Assembly: GCA_012026655.1 (NCBI GenBank)
Contig: JAAILG010001203.1
Span: 1-64,000 of the forward strand
DNA from: Hydrolagus affinis
Taxonomy: Eukaryota
DNA: 64,000 nucleotides
Direction of reading: 5' to 3'
The position numbers and the translations under genes were made by a program. Shown one piece after another: positions 37,462-51,649 of the stretch (its first letter is position 1; every line of letters begins with the position of its first letter). The notes beneath the pieces were generated by a model. It had not been told where the DNA came from, did not search any database, and worked only from the letters and a program-made list of their open reading frames with translations.

Positions 37462-38003
37462 GTCCATGTGTTTATCACCTCCCGCTTGGATTCCTCAAAC
37501 ACACATCTTGCCGGTCTTCCCGGCTCCATCATTCAAAACATCCAACTGATTCAGAACTCTGGGGCCCACGTACTGACCCGTACCCACATCTCACCAGTTC
37601 TGGCCAGGCTCCACTGGCTCCCAATAATCAAATGGATCAACTTCAAGATCCTCACACTCTTGTTCAAATCAGCTCACTCCCTGGCACCTCCCTCTCTCCA
37701 ACCTCCTCACTCCACCACCCGATGCCTCTGCTCGATTGGCACCAGGCTCCTGCTTGTCCCTCACACTCTCCACCCCACCACTGGAGGTTGCTCTTTTAGC
37801 CTCTATGCCACCAAACTATCGAACACTCTCTCTCAATCCCTCCGCCATTCCCCCCCTCTCTACACCCTTTTCCACCCACTTTGATTGTGCTTTCAGCCAC
37901 CTCCCGCAAAACCCCCCAGCTCAGAGTCAGTTTGTTGTACTGTTTAGCGCTCTATGACGCCTGGCATGAAGGGCACCTTATAAGTGCAAGTTATTGTTAT
38001 TGT
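37462..38003 (+). mobile_element. L2 LINE 3' fragment (second subfamily)
   Basis: VHVFITSRLDSSN...LHWLPIIKWINFKILTL translation. Confidence 0.88.
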
Positions 38004-39692
38004 AACCAATACGGCTACTCCACGTTACAGTACTTGGTTTCCAAACTAAAGATTAATTTAAAACTGGTTTCAAAATTTAAGTTGATCTTCACTTTTAAGA
38101 AAAAGACAGTTTAAGAGCACAGATTTTGGGATCCAGCCAGGTGTCAGCCTAGCTCAGTGATATCATTCTCACCTGAGTCACTTTGTGGGTTAAATGGCAG
38201 GGCATTGGGATTAAAAGATCTGCCAAGATGTAATAAACTAGTGTAACAGGCTCAATGAGTTGAATGGCCTTTTCTTGTACTCAATGTGATTTATATCCTT
38301 TCCAATTATACTTGTTTATTATAATATGAATGATATAGCTTCATATGATGTACTTAAAGCGATTACACTAGTCACTGTGTACTTTGTAGGTGAACTACCA
38401 TGGAGAATATAAAGGAGATTCCTGGGTGCATTTTGATGGCTTGAATATTGTCCCATTGAATGCCAGAGTGTTTAGTTAAAACAATCCCCTCTTCCCCAGC
38501 CCTGGCCCCTTGTGTGGGGATCAAACTCAGGTTTTCAGCCTGGCGAACTGACTAAAACGTGACATGAAGATTGTTTATTATATTCCCTTTAAACTCATAT
38601 CCAGATGGCAATAATTATGCACTATTCCAATACATGGGAATTCCTTTAATTCCCCAAGCAATCTTAGATGTCATTTCAATTCATTTTAATTAAAGTTGAT
38701 TTAATTTAAGTTTTAATAGGCAGCAGTGGCTTTCGAACACAGTGGCTTATCTTACAGCACCACTGCCAGTTTGTATATTTTATACCTCAGGAGGTTTAGT
38801 GTATGAATCGTATTGGCTGAGGGTGTAATTCTATTCAGGAATGTTGCAGAGGGCCTCGTCTCTTGTATATGACACAGTTAGAAAAATCAGTTCCATCTGG
38901 ATTTTCAATTTTCTTTTCGATTTAAGTAAAGTACATTTTCTGTACCTTTAAATGGTACTGCATTTATAACTATACAGCCTGGTCAGATCACCACCTCCAT
39001 TACAAGTATCAGAACTCAGACTGTTATGGATAATTTTGTCAAAGTTTGACACAAGGCTGTACGTCTGTGCTGTACATTCCAATGGCTTTCTTTTTTATAA
39101 ATTTATATTGATCTTACAGGAACACAAACACATGCAATCAAATTAATATTGTTCCCAACACTTTAGCTCTGCAGAGCATTCCCACCTGAATCTTAAATTT
39201 ACTCAACTAACATAGTATTTCGGTGGGTCCAGATATTGGCAAATTTTTAAGTTTCAATTTTGGTATTGAAACCGATCTTAAATATCATTTTCCAAAGCTA
39301 CAGAAAACCAACTTCAAAGACCAAATCCAACACTTTGCCAAATTCTGCACCGTCTGAAATGTTATCTAAGTAGAGTAAACCTGGATCCAGGTGGGTGTTC
39401 CATACATTTGTTCTAAAGCAGAGAAGACAAGACACCACTGCAGTTGTTTGCACCATTTACTGTCAATTGATGAGAGAGGGCCAAGTTCATCCCAAAGCAC
39501 AGTCCCCACCTTCTTAAGTACTATGACTAAATAGAGAATGGTCAGACTTTATCTCTAAGCCTCCCTCCAATGGCAGGGCAGAGAACAGTAACAATGCAGA
39601 TAAGCAACAAGCAGCGAGCTCTATGGTTGGGTCATGACCATTGCTATATGTGATTGATTAGCAGAAGAAAATGATTCACGTCTGAAATTTAC

Positions 39693-39814
39693 CTTCCATA
39701 ATAGTGACTGGATCCTCAATCTTTGGTCGCAATATGTTTGGACCAAACACTGTCGCCAGATTCTGTACGCTCATTTTGTTTATGTCGGAATAAGACTGGA
39801 CCTCATCCAAGAAC
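39693..39814 (-). CDS. ARHGAP24: ARHGAP24 RhoGAP exon (R)[40 protein letters not shown](G)
   Basis: 122 nt; contains the RhoGAP motif NKM..NLA.VFGPN; canonical splice sites. Confidence 0.96.
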
Positions 39815-40015
39815 CTGTGAAGAAGCCAAACAGAGTTTACATAGAGCAGCTATGTTCTATATCTACATAGCTACATGGCTCTGTTCACTGCACGGCACAT
39901 GCACTGTCACATAACGCATTAGTTTGGGAAATGTGCTACAGTAGGGGAATTATTACTTTTTAAACCATATTTCCATCACTGAATGAAGATCAATTAACTT
40001 AATATACAGATTTAC

Positions 40016-40089
40016 CTGCAAGTATACTTCAGCAAGTTGAAGTTGACTGGGGGAAGCGTCCTCACTTGTTTAATTAGTTCCTTCATCCC
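40016..40089 (-). CDS. ARHGAP24: ARHGAP24 RhoGAP exon GMKELIKQVRTLPPVNFNLLKYTC(R)
   Basis: 74 nt; tttcag / GTAAAT boundaries; phases fit. Confidence 0.95.
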
Positions 40090-41317
40090 CTGAAAGAAAT
40101 GGAAAGAACCGATATCAAATTACTTAACAACAACAAGAAAAATTTCTAGAGTGCCTTTCACGTCGGGAGGACGTCCCTTAAGATATTACCGTTAATAGGT
40201 TGTTGATGGATTAATTGAACATATGCCTTCATAACTTGGTAAATGAGCAATTTGAAACCAAGGTTAAAATTATAGCAATGATAGGAGTTGGTTTACAGTG
40301 CTTTTCATGCATTGTGATTAGAAGCATGTCTGGATGTGCACATTTTGGCTGCTACCCCTGATCTAAGCTGTCCCCATCCTAAAATGCCCTCTTTTCTGTC
40401 CCCCTATTCTCCATTAGTAACCATGTCTTTAGTTAACCTAGCCCCCCTCCCACCCACTGACTCAACTTGTCTTCTACTCCTCCTGAATCCAACCTCTAGC
40501 TTGGGTGCAAACCCTCAACTGCCAGTGACTTGGGATGTCCTCCTGACCAGCAAGGTGCTATATAAATGCAATTAGTTGTTTTTATTTCTGCATTGCACTA
40601 GGCATTCCTTCTTTCAATACTAAATAGTGTAACAGACCACAGAAAACAGGAGATTTCTAAAAAAAAAACCTTTCCTGGCATACTGAGCAGATTCAGGGGA
40701 GTGTAATCGGCAGATCACAGGTTAGAGTGTGAGACAAAGTACTGAGGATGAGAGGCAGGAAGATGTGCTGCATTGTTCACCGAGAGGAGTAACGTCAACA
40801 GTGAAGGCTGCGAGGGGAGGTAGGCCACAGATTGGATTGAGTTAGTTTGTATTTTCAATATGCATTATGTGATTTACTTGAAATAAATTTAAATGAACTT
40901 TATGTTGCATTATATTTTTAAGTTTTAAATATTATCCATTAACAAACAATTATAGAAAGAATGGAGTAAGTAAATTATTTAATGAAACAGCAATAATGCT
41001 GATTTCCCTTAAAATCAACTGATGGGGTTAATTTTCTTTAACAGGCAGAAGAGCCCTTTATAACAGGGCAGCATCACTCCTCACTCCTAGCTGCTAGTGC
41101 GAAACTAGACTTATAGTTAGTGCTATCCACAGTAGCTACATCCTCCTGTACACACTAGTCTACATACATTTGTCACAGAACACATGCATATAACACATGC
41201 AAGTTAAATAAATATGTCCATAGATAGATATGGAGAGAAGGAAAGTCCAAGTGGATGAAGTCAGCTATTGCGTAAATCTCAGGATCAGTTCAGAGGAAAT
41301 GCAGATGGAATTCTTAC

Positions 41318-41450
41318 ACTCTCTTCTTCCTTGGTGAACAGTTTGGCAGAGGAAAGGAACTCAGCATATTTAGCGTAAGGGATGACAGGCTCAGGCAGCT
41401 CTCGCAGGTATAGCTTCAGTAAGGAAGCAACAGTATGCACATCTGTATTA
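41318..41450 (-). CDS. ARHGAP24: ARHGAP24 RhoGAP exon (S)[44 protein letters not shown]
   Basis: 133 nt; [12 protein letters not shown] motif; ttacag / GTAAGA boundaries. Confidence 0.96.
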
Positions 41451-41679
41451 CTGTAACAAAGCATACAACAGATTATTTCAAAGCAATCCATCAGATAGGT
41501 CCCGGGCCTCTTTTAGAAATGGAAACTTTGCCTGCATATGCTAGCAAACCCACCACTGCTAATAACAAGGGTTAGATTTGAAAGATCCCAAACACTGCCT
41601 TATAACTGGTCTGCATTGTATTTAATTTGTTAAGTATTTGTTAATGTCATTGAGGATATCTTGCAGTTTTGTAGTGATG

Positions 41680-43492
41680 ATAATAATAAAATTGGTCATT
41701 TCACTCCACGGCTGTTTGTGCAACACTGTTGTGCACAACTGGCTGCCGCGTTTTGCCCACAAATATACAGTCAATTCACTTTACAGTATATTCTGTGAAG
41801 TGCTTTGAGACTTCTAGAAGACATGAAAAGCGCTATATCAAATGCAAGGATTATTATTATTATGACACATTTAGCTGCAGATCAGATTTGATTTTTTGAG
41901 TTTATTGTAAAAGATTTCATAGTGGGATGAATAATGTATTGCTTCCATGGATAGTACTTCAAATAAAATTGGTCATCCACTTCATGGCTGCCTGCGCGAT
42001 ATTGCTGTACGCACACTGGCTACTACTTTCACCCATGAAAAACTAAATACATATTCACTCCATTTTACAGTATATCCTGTAAAGCACTTCGGAATATCGT
42101 CTTCTGATGTGAAAGGCGCTTATACTAAATTTAAATAATATTATTACACATGCATAAAATAGAACATATGTATATGAAATTATTTTTCCTGCAAGTAATT
42201 ATGGAGTGTTTACTTGCACATTTACTTGATGAACTTTGTATTCTGTTCTTGCAATAGAAAATAAACAAGAGAATTTCAGCTCCACCAGAGTAACTACAGT
42301 GTAATCTGCCACAGAGTAGATTCTGTCTGCCATTACTGATGGACAGACAGTGTTTGTAGTCTCTGATCTGTCAACAGCAGAGCAGCCTTGGCTAGTTATC
42401 AATCAGTCTTGCACACTTGTTGACACATTCTCTTGTCATGGTGATTAGATAGCATTATACTCTGGCTGTTAACATGTTGTGCAATCCAACAAATTGGCTA
42501 GTCAACTAGATGGTTATTCTAGTTATATGGTTATAACAATCCAGTCAGCACCAAACCATAACTTCATATAAACAAGATTATGCATTGTTTCATTCAAATC
42601 ATTAAGAATTTATAAAGAACGTAAAATGTACAACATATTTTTTAAGTTCTACAGTTTTTGTTTTGTTTTAAAAAGTACTGAAGTTATGAAGACAAACCCC
42701 ATAAATACTGTATAACTTGATTAAATTATAATAATCGTTGCAGGATAGCTTTTCAAAGTATAATAATCCCTTTTAAAAATCATGATTGATCACTCAATCC
42801 ACGACTTTGTGGAGGCACTGCTGTGCATAATTGGCTGCACTGTACAGTATAATCTATGAAACGTTTCAGATGTCTAGGGATTATTACATTATTATTATTT
42901 GATACAGCACCTTTCGAGTCAGGAGGATGCTTCACAGTCGTTCAAAGGATGTGAAATGCGGTGACTGTACTTTTGTAAGTGAAAGCGGCAACCAATTTGC
43001 ACACAGCAATGTTCTACCAAAAGCAATGAAGTGAATGCCTATTATTTTTAATTCTGGAAATCGCACCCATTCAGCTGAAAAAGGAGGAAAAGGTAAATGG
43101 AATGATTAGCAAACCATGGGAAAACTATTGTCAAACATACAACACTTGTGTTATGAAGAATAAACAGATGAGGTGACCTTGGATTCCATGGTCTTGCTTG
43201 GTTAATTAATCCACCAACGATTCCATGCTGAATGCATTCACCCCACTGTTCACAATTCAACAATCTAAATCTTGTACTGTAACCTGTGTCATCTGAAAGC
43301 AAGCAGCAAGTTTATTTTTCCCTGGAGGATAAAATACCCTATAAGATTAAACACTGCTGAGTGCAATTGGCTGATGCGTTTCACCCACAACTGTACAGTC
43401 AATTTACTCTACAGAATATTCTGTGAAGCACTTTGAGACATCCAGAAGATGTGTAAAGCGCTATATCAAATGCAAGGATTATTATTATTATT
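41680..43492 (+). mobile_element. Cluster of 5'-truncated Deu-SINE copies (~41680-41862, 41963-42146, 42780-42900, 43350-43492)
   Basis: Repeated Deu core plus tail segments, separated by unique sequence. Confidence 0.75.
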
Positions 43493-43829
43493 AGTTGCCA
43501 ATACATTAACCCATTCTTACCCCTCCCTCTGTTACAAATAAAAGAGCGAATCTAGTGTATTTTTGTAAAAATAAATCCAACTACTATTGTTTCAGAAGCT
43601 CCTCCTGTTTAATTGTACACTTTGCATCTGAATAGGGAGTGATGTTACATTTTGCTGTTAATAGTGGTGTTACTGCATATATTAAAATGATCACACCTTT
43701 AAAAAAAAACTTGACTTTGGAGCTACAAAGTGCAAGATGATCATTTATTTTACTAGTCTAGATCCAGCTCCAACATTTACTAGAACATACTCTTTATTCA
43801 GTAGTCCTCATTTACATTCATTTGTCCCC

Positions 43830-45875
43830 ATCTCTCTTTTCTCCCTCTCATCCACCATCAACATAACGAAACCCACCACCTGCTGCCTCAACCCTCTCCT
43901 CACTCAATTGCTAATCACCCAACTTCCCCTCCTCTGCCTACTGTTGGCAGACACTATTAACCAGTCCCCCTCCTCAGGATCAGACCATTCCCCCTCAAAA
44001 CTACTGTCATCATTCCCCGCCTTAAAAAACTTGCCCTCGATCCCTCAAACCTTGGCCACTACCCAACTACCTGCCCTTCCTTGCAAACGCTCTGGAATGC
44101 ATTGTTTCCAACCAACATCATGCTCTCCTTTCCACACCCTAATCAAAACACTTCAGTCCAGTTTTTACGCTGCCCACAGTACAAGAGACAGCGTTTGTAA
44201 AAGTTACAAATTATGTCGTCTCTATCTGTGACCAGGGCTCTCTCGGACCTCCTCATCCTCCTGGATCTCTCTGCCATGTTCGACACAGTCGATCATGCCA
44301 TGCTCCTCCACCACCTGTCCTCTTATCATCCAGCTCAATGGGACTGCACTTGCTTGGTTTGAGTCCTACCTTACAAACCACCTGCACTACATTTCTGCAG
44401 AAGATTTTTCTTCGCACTTCATCCGGTCACCTGTGGGGTACCCCAAGAATGCATCCTTGGCCCCCTTCTCTTCCTCATCTACATGCTCCCTCTCAGTGCT
44501 GTTATCCGCAGACACCACTGGAGGATAACTTCCACATGTATGCGGATGACACCCAACTCTACTTTTCCACTTCCAGCTGCGACCCCCAGTACCCCGATGT
44601 TCCGACAGCTTGTTGGGCATCAAAAGCTGGTTAAGTGCACATTTCTTGCAGTTAAATGTCAAAAAGACAGCAGCCATACTCTTTGGCTCCCTTTGATGCC
44701 TTCTGTCCCACGGTTCTATCCTTCTCAACCTATTCGACCTACCGTTAAAACTCTCCAAAGCCATGCACAACTTAGGCATTGTGTTCAATCCCAGTTATCC
44801 TTCCTCCCCCACATCTGGTCCCTGACCAGCACTGCATTCTTCCATCTCCGCCACGTTGCCCATGTTTGTCGGTACCTCACCCAAAAACCTGCCAAAACCC
44901 TAGTCCATGCCTTTGTCACCTCTTGGCTGGACTTCTCACATGCCCAACTTGCCAGTCTCCCCTCCTCCTCCACTGACAAAATACAGTTCATTCAAAACTC
45001 CGCCATCCACATTTTCACCAGCACCAAGCTTCGTACATGGATTACGCTAGTCCTTGTCAAATGCCACTGGCTCCTTGTCACAGAGTAGATCTACTTCAAG
45101 ATCCTCACTCTAGTGTTTAAATTCCTCCGTTCCTTGGCACCCTATCTCTCTAGCCTCCTCTCCCCTCACAGCACTACCCGCTGCCAAGGAAGGACTACTG
45201 GCGTTCTAACTGTGTGTCTGTTTGACATTGAGTCCTGTACAAGGGACAACTTCCTCTAACTAAACGTTAGAAAGACAGAGGCCCTCCTGATTGGCTCGCG
45301 TCTGCGTCTCCGCACCTCAGGCACAGGCAACACCAGCATTCACGGCTGTACTCTCCATCTCTCGAACCCAGTCAGGAATCTGGGTGTTTTGTTTGATCCC
45401 GAACTGTCCTTCCTCCCCCAAATTCTTGCCATGACTGGTACTGCGTTCCACCACCTCTGTAACATTGCTTGATTTCGCCACTGCCTCACCCCCCATGCTG
45501 CCGAAACACTCGTCCACGCATTCATCACAACAAGGCTCGACTACGGGAACTCTCTTCTACTTGGCCTTCCCAGCTGTAATGTTGTTGTTATTGCTTCCGC
45601 TCTAGTGGGTCCAACCTCCTCCTTGTCTCCCGAATTCCATGCTCCAGTCAGTAGCCATGCCTTCACCCACTACGCCCCAAAAGTTTGGAACTCCCTCCCC
45701 CAACCTCTTTGCTTCATCCCCCTCCTTCCCCATTTTCAGGTTGTGCCTAAAGACCTATCCCTTCGACCGTGTTTACGGTCACCTTCCCCTTCCCCCGGTC
45801 TCGGGCTCTGCTATTGTTAAGTACTCTGAGACCCGCCCGGCATGGAAGGTGATATATAAATGCAAGTTGTTGTTG
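43830..45875 (+). mobile_element. Composite of decayed L2 LINE fragments including the RT core
   Basis: LLDLSA.FDTVDH (~44260), FHMYADDTQLY (~44530), a second overlapping fragment at 45200-45575 and an L2 tail at ~45875. Confidence 0.88.
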
Positions 45876-45924
45876 CTCTGTTTCATTGCTCTGTTATTCT
45901 TTAGTATCTTGTGTAAGTACTTGG

Positions 45925-46288
45925 GCTTGTGTATGCTCAGCTAATGCTGAAATGCAGCATTGGGAGGGTGTTGCATTGTCGGAGGTGCTGTCCTTCAGAT
46001 GAGATGTTAAACCAAGATCCTATCTGCCTGTTCAGGTGGATGTTAAAGATCCCATGGTACTATTCGAAAAGAGAAGGGAGTTTCTCCTGTTGCCCTGGCC
46101 AACAATCCCCCAAACAAAAATTGGTCACTCGTTTCATGGCTGTTTGTGAGACAATGCTGTGCACAATTTTGCTGCCACATTTGCCTACAAATACACTCAC
46201 TCCACTTCACAGTAAATCCTGTGATACGCTTTGAGACATCTTTCTGATGTGATAAGGTGAAATGCCAAATGCAAGGATGATTATTATT
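45925..46288 (+). mobile_element. Long-form Deu-SINE (SacSINE1-like), head truncated
   Basis: TGTCGGAGGTGCTGTCCTTCAGATGAGATGTTAAACC...GTTCAGGTGGATGTTAAAGATCCCATGG. Confidence 0.8.
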
Positions 46289-46914
46289 AAAATGAATTCT
46301 GCTAGAAATTGCTGTAATAAACAGTCTTTGATTATTAAACTCCACCCGGCCTGCCCCACCATCAGTAGTCGGGCCTTCAGCCTTTCTGTCCCACCCTCTG
46401 GAACTTCATCCTACATGCCCTTCGCCTCACTCCCTTGCCTTTTTGAATGCACACCTCACGACCCTCCTCTTTGACCATGCCTTCAGCCACCCCTCCTACT
46501 CTCCATCCTCCCTGATCCCTATACCTCAGCCCTGGTTCTATTCACTGATTATTCAGTGATTCAGGATGTCCTCCTGATGTGAAAGTCACTTTACAAATGT
46601 AATTTAAAGTATGTCATGTTATGGTACCACGCATTAATTATCCTGTTTTCATCTAGCTCTGACTATACTCACACCTACATATACAGACACACACCACACA
46701 GACCTACGAATATACATATATACTATCCAGCAGAAATCTCTCATTTGAGAGAGCAATGGGGAATCTAATTCTGGAATTCTATCCCCCTGCAATCATCGTT
46801 TCATCCTCTAATCAATTTGAATTTAAATCCAAACCTGGCATTATCCAAACACTTCCAGATTGAACTGTTTCTCTGCTTTTGACTATTCATTCAAGTTCTG
46901 AATTTCAAATAAAA

Positions 46915-47275
46915 TAAAATCTTACATTTACATAGCGCCTTTCACGTCGAGAGGACATCCCAAGGTGCTGTACAGTCAGGTAGGGACAAGGGCAGTGGGG
47001 GAGGGTTCGGGGCAGGATGAAGAAGAGTAGAAAAATTGACTGTATATTTGTGGGCGAAACGCGGCAGCCAAATTGCACACAGCGGTGTCCCACAAACAGT
47101 CATGGAAGTGGAATTAGGGGAAAAGGGGGGGGAAAGATAGCAAGGGGAGGGGTCGGGGTAGGGGGAAGGAGAGCAGGAAAGCCGACTATATATTTGTGGG
47201 CGAAATGCGGCAGCCAAATTGCGCACAGCAGAGTCCCACAAACAGTCATGCAACTGGGATTAGGAGAAAAGTGAG
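46915..47275 (-). mobile_element. Chimeric repeat: two Deu cores interleaved with L2 3' UTR, ending in an L2 tail
   Basis: Deu core at 47038-47106 and 47184-47250; L2 tail at 46915-46980. Confidence 0.7.
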
Positions 47276-47924
47276 GGAAAGAATATGGAACACTCCATGA
47301 AGAAGCGTTTGTGTAGAGTCTGCAGAACCCATTTGAACTGTTCACACAGTGCTGATAATCTCTATCTTTTACATGTGAATGAAGTCAACTGTGGGAGGGA
47401 TAAGTTGGAGAACTAACGTTCTCACAGGCAGCAAAGCAGTTAAAGAGTAGATTACATCTTTCATATTTCCAAGTTTCCTACCTCACCCTTGGTACTGAGT
47501 AAGATGCCCTACAGAGAAGACTCATTTGAAACTACTCTTAAGCATTTCTGGGCAGTTGACTTGCCCTACTAGTGTTGGGAGATTGTGGGAACTGAGGTCA
47601 AAGTGTGATTTGATGTTCACCTACACAATGTTCACTTATCTCAAAGATTGTGTTTAGCATTAATCTTAACTGCAATGCAAACAGTGCAACAGTTTAAACT
47701 CTTGTCACTGGTAGTACTGCAGAGCACAGTAAGATGACTCTTATCGTTCTATAAACTTGCAATAAATATGTTTGTTATTAAGCTTGTGCCAGGTCAATGG
47801 TACTGTTCTTGCTTGTTGTTATACATCCACCTTCCTGATTGGGCCTATAAACTAAAATACCAAAAAGCGGATGTTTACTTGGATGGAAGTCCTTTATTTC
47901 TATTTGTTCTGTATATTTTATATT

Positions 47925-48365
47925 TAAATTCAAGATCTTCATCCTCATCCTCACTTTCAAGGCCATTCACGGCCTTGCCCCCGCCTATCTCTCTGATTTG
48001 CTGCCTCCCTATCAGCTTGCCCACACCCTCCATTCAGCAGACTCAGGCCTGCTCTGCGTCCACCGCCCTAACTGCCTAACCATCGGTGGCCGGGCTTTCA
48101 GCCTCTCTGCTCCCACACTGTGGAACTCCATCCCGCAGCCTCTCCACCTTGCTTCCTCCCTTTCCTCCTTCAAGGCCGGTCTTAAGACCTTCCACTTCGA
48201 CAGCCCCTTCGGCTCCCCCACTAACTCTTCCCCCTCTCCCTCTCTCCTTCCCCTTCCCCCTATCCCACCCTCCCTCCTCGCTCGGGTCCCGACCTGACTG
48301 TTCACAGCTTTGGGACGTCCTCCTGACGTGAAAGGCGCTATATAAGTGCAATTTTGTTGTTATTG
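47925..48365 (+). mobile_element. Young L2 LINE 3' fragment
   Basis: GGRAFSLSAPTLWNSIPQPLHLASSLSSFKAGLKTF plus L2 tail. Confidence 0.9.
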
Positions 48366-48699
48366 TTAAAAAATACTTGCATAACGTTATTAAAGCCAAG
48401 TGAAAATCAGAGGTAAAATCATAAAACAGCCCTCATTTTGTCCCAGCTCTGATTCTAGATTCAGTAAAAATGGAAAAACTAATGCAGGGGGCTTTTCCTA
48501 ATTTTATAACAACAGTCAAGTTCCATTTATAAAAATAATACTCCTTACATTTCATATAGCGCCTTATTAGAGCTTTGAGGCGTTTCAAAGCATTTCACTG
48601 AATATACTGTTAAAATAAATGGACTGTATTTTGTGATCAAAACACCTACAGATAGGATAACATCTCAGAGTGCTTTACAATGATGGGTCAGATGACAAG

Positions 48700-49375
48700 C
48701 AGCAGGAGTGAGAGCGAGCGAGGGGAACGGTGACCATAGGCACAAAGAGATGGGTTTTAGGAAGGAAATTAAAGATAGAGAAGGCGCAAAATATAGAGAT
48801 TAAATTCCAGAGGTTAGATGTGTACAATATGCAGGCCTGACCACAGATAGCGATGTGGAAAGGGCAGGGGAGGTACAGGTAATCTAAGTTAGCCAAGTGA
48901 AGAAGATGACGAAGAAGATTAGAGACAGGGAGGTGGTAAGATATGAAGGGATTTGTAGGAGGGTGAGGACCTTGCATACTGAAAGATTGGTAGCTCATGG
49001 GGCCTCTCAAGGATTAGACCGATGGGTATGTGGAGTTTGCAGGCTTCACTCTGAAACTCACTGGAATCTTGAGGAGGCCAGAGCCAGAACTGGAAAGACA
49101 TTGGTACGAGCCTAAGAAGGTCAGTTTAATCTCACCCGATACCTCAATATTAACTATACTATAATTGTTAATACCACGGAGAGATAGGGAGGAGCGAGGG
49201 AGTGAATGGATTTGAATACAAGTTTTGAAGTCGATCCGTTCGGTGACGGGGAGCAGTGGTGCCTGGTCAGAATTGGTGAGATGGGGCTACAGAGTTTGAT
49301 CCAGGTAAGTATGTGGGCGGTAGAGTTCTGAATGAGCTGGATTTTTTTTGAATAGTGGAGCTGGGGAGACCGGCA
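48700..49375 (-). mobile_element. Decayed L2 fragments
   Basis: KIQLIQNSTAHILT / FKSIHSLAPPYLS on the minus strand. Confidence 0.7.
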
Positions 49376-51277
49376 ACCATTAATTACCACTAATACCGGT
49401 ATTAACTACCACTAATACTGACCTGTAACTACTAGTGTCACATCATGGTAACACATCTGTTACAGATAACATCAATGTGAGCCAACCTATAGTATGGCTT
49501 TCTCTTCCACGTACTGATAAATGTAACGGTCTGTGGGTCTAGCGTACATTTGACAATCCAACTCAAATCCCTTCAGAAATCGCATACTAGCAAAACCTAT
49601 TTCCTGTCATTCACACAACAATCGTTCCATTGTTGCCTTTTGATCGGAACCAGTCTGCAAGTGGTTTCCTTTTATAATTTCAGGAATTGAGTGGTAAGGC
49701 TGTCAGAAGTAATTACATGGCTTGAGGTGCAGCTTCCCGGTTTAAACAATAATATATGAAATGTGGCACTGCAGAATAAACATGTGGATCATTTGGTTAT
49801 CACTCGGATCAGACAAAAGGTGAATGAAAGGTCAAAACCAAGCTAATGTATCAAAGTGACCCACAATTCAATAAGAGATACAGGAAAGTCAGGCTTGGCT
49901 TGTTGGAACTATCACAGTTTCCACCCCGAAAGGCAGGGTTGTGAGCAGGATGCAGTATTTCAAATAACCCTGCGTAAACAACAAGGCTGAGTTAGCCCAG
50001 GTCTGGGGATCAGATAGCACTGCCTGAGCAGGACCAGAAAGCTGGCTGAGCAGGAGCAGAAAGTTGTCTTGACAATGCTGTAAAATAGTTCTAAACTTGA
50101 GCTTAACTTTTGGGGTTCAGGAGTCTGCTTGCAACTCCCTGTTCTCTACTCTATGAATCTAGTTCATGCCATTTCAGACACTTACGCTGAGCATCTCGGC
50201 AGCTGCATGTAGACTGATAGATTTCCCCACAAAATGTCTCTCTTCGCTTAAAACCATCCATGTTTAGATGTGGGAGGGCGAAGACACTGATGCTCCAAAC
50301 TTGGATCAATTTACAGACCTGGTAGGTGAAAACACTGTTTTCCCTGTTTCAAATTCAAGGTATCGCAAACAATACAATCAGCTATTTAAAGGACAAAGTC
50401 CTTTTGATTATTAACTAATAGTTTTAAGATGCACTCAATTGTGAAATTTGTTGGGTTTTAACAACAAAAATTTGCATTTATACAGCATCCTTCACATAGA
50501 GTAACATCTTGCAGTGCTTATGTATTAACATGATTTGTGCAGTGTTTCGGAGAGCCAAAACAGTACAATGAATGCAGTGAATGAATTAGCATGTCACTGA
50601 TAGAAATCAATGTAGGCCTGCAACTTCGATTGCCCATGTTCCATATTTATACCGTCATGGAAAATCCATAACAAACAATAAAAAGATTGTTATTTTTAGC
50701 AATCGACCTGCAATAGATGCCTGAGTCATAGGCTGTGTTGATTTCAGCAGCTGTCATTAACGTGGTAATGATACAGATCTAAAGTTGCATCATTGTGGCA
50801 TAGGGACAGAACTGGAGGGTGGGACGGTATTTTTTAAAATTACTCTTATGCTGTCACATTGACTTAATTTTCACTTGTAGTGGTATCATCATGGTCAAAA
50901 TATCCTATACCGCTGTTTCCTTGTCTACTTGGTTGCTGGATTTACAATCCAATACAAAATTACATTTGTGTGATGCCTTTCAAGTTGGGAGGACGTTTCA
51001 AGACGCCCATCAACAATATTGTTTTTATCAAGTTGCCATTAAACTCTATTTACAATAAAATTACAAGAAAGATACAAATTCAAGTCCTTTATATTTTATT
51101 ACATGGTATAGATGTGACAGGCATTATACAGGTATAATTTTGTTATTGTTTCGATGGGTAGAGGTATGATTGAAGAAAGCTCTGTGGTCTATCAGATCTC
51201 AGTCTTCCAGGACATCTCACAACCATCTTCTGAATATAGTATCAGAATGTTTTAAATGAGAGCAGTGTCCTAGCATT

Positions 51278-51385
51278 GTGGAGTCCTGTAGTTTAGTGAT
51301 AAGAGCTTTCACTATGCAAGCGAGTGAACCTGGGTTTGATTCCCAGGCAGGGCAAAACATTGGGCAAGTTTCCTTACTCCACAGT
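51278..51385 (+). mobile_element. SINE head fragment (tRNA-derived)
   Basis: TGTGGAGTCCTGTAGTTTAGTG...GGGCAAGTTTCCTTACTCCAC. Confidence 0.75.
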
Positions 51386-51431
51386 TAACGATTTGGACCT
51401 GCACGGGTGGGGGGGTGGATTTCTCTATATG

Positions 51432-51649
51432 CAGTAAAAGCCCGTTTATCTGGCACCCTCAGGACCTGGCCAATGCTGGTTAAAGCGCGTGCCGGATATT
51501 CGAAAACGCAAAAAAAACATTTTTAATTAAAAAAAATTTAATGCATTTTTCCGGATAAATTCCGGTTAATCGAATGAGGACTTTTTTGCGCAATTCCGCT
51601 TAAATGGAAGCTGTGGTTGAACGTATGCCAGATAAACGGGCTTTTACTC
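51432..51649. mobile_element. 218-bp pogo/Tigger-like MITE
   Basis: Perfect 23-bp inverted repeat AGTAAAAGCCCGTTTATCTGGCA (51433-51455 / 51626-51648); CAGT start; TA on the right flank and TG on the left. Confidence 0.85.

Noticed and set aside
43737-45088. 164-201 aa ORFs, and the 236-aa ORF at 61974
   Set aside because: Frameshifted L2 ORF2 remnants, not host genes.
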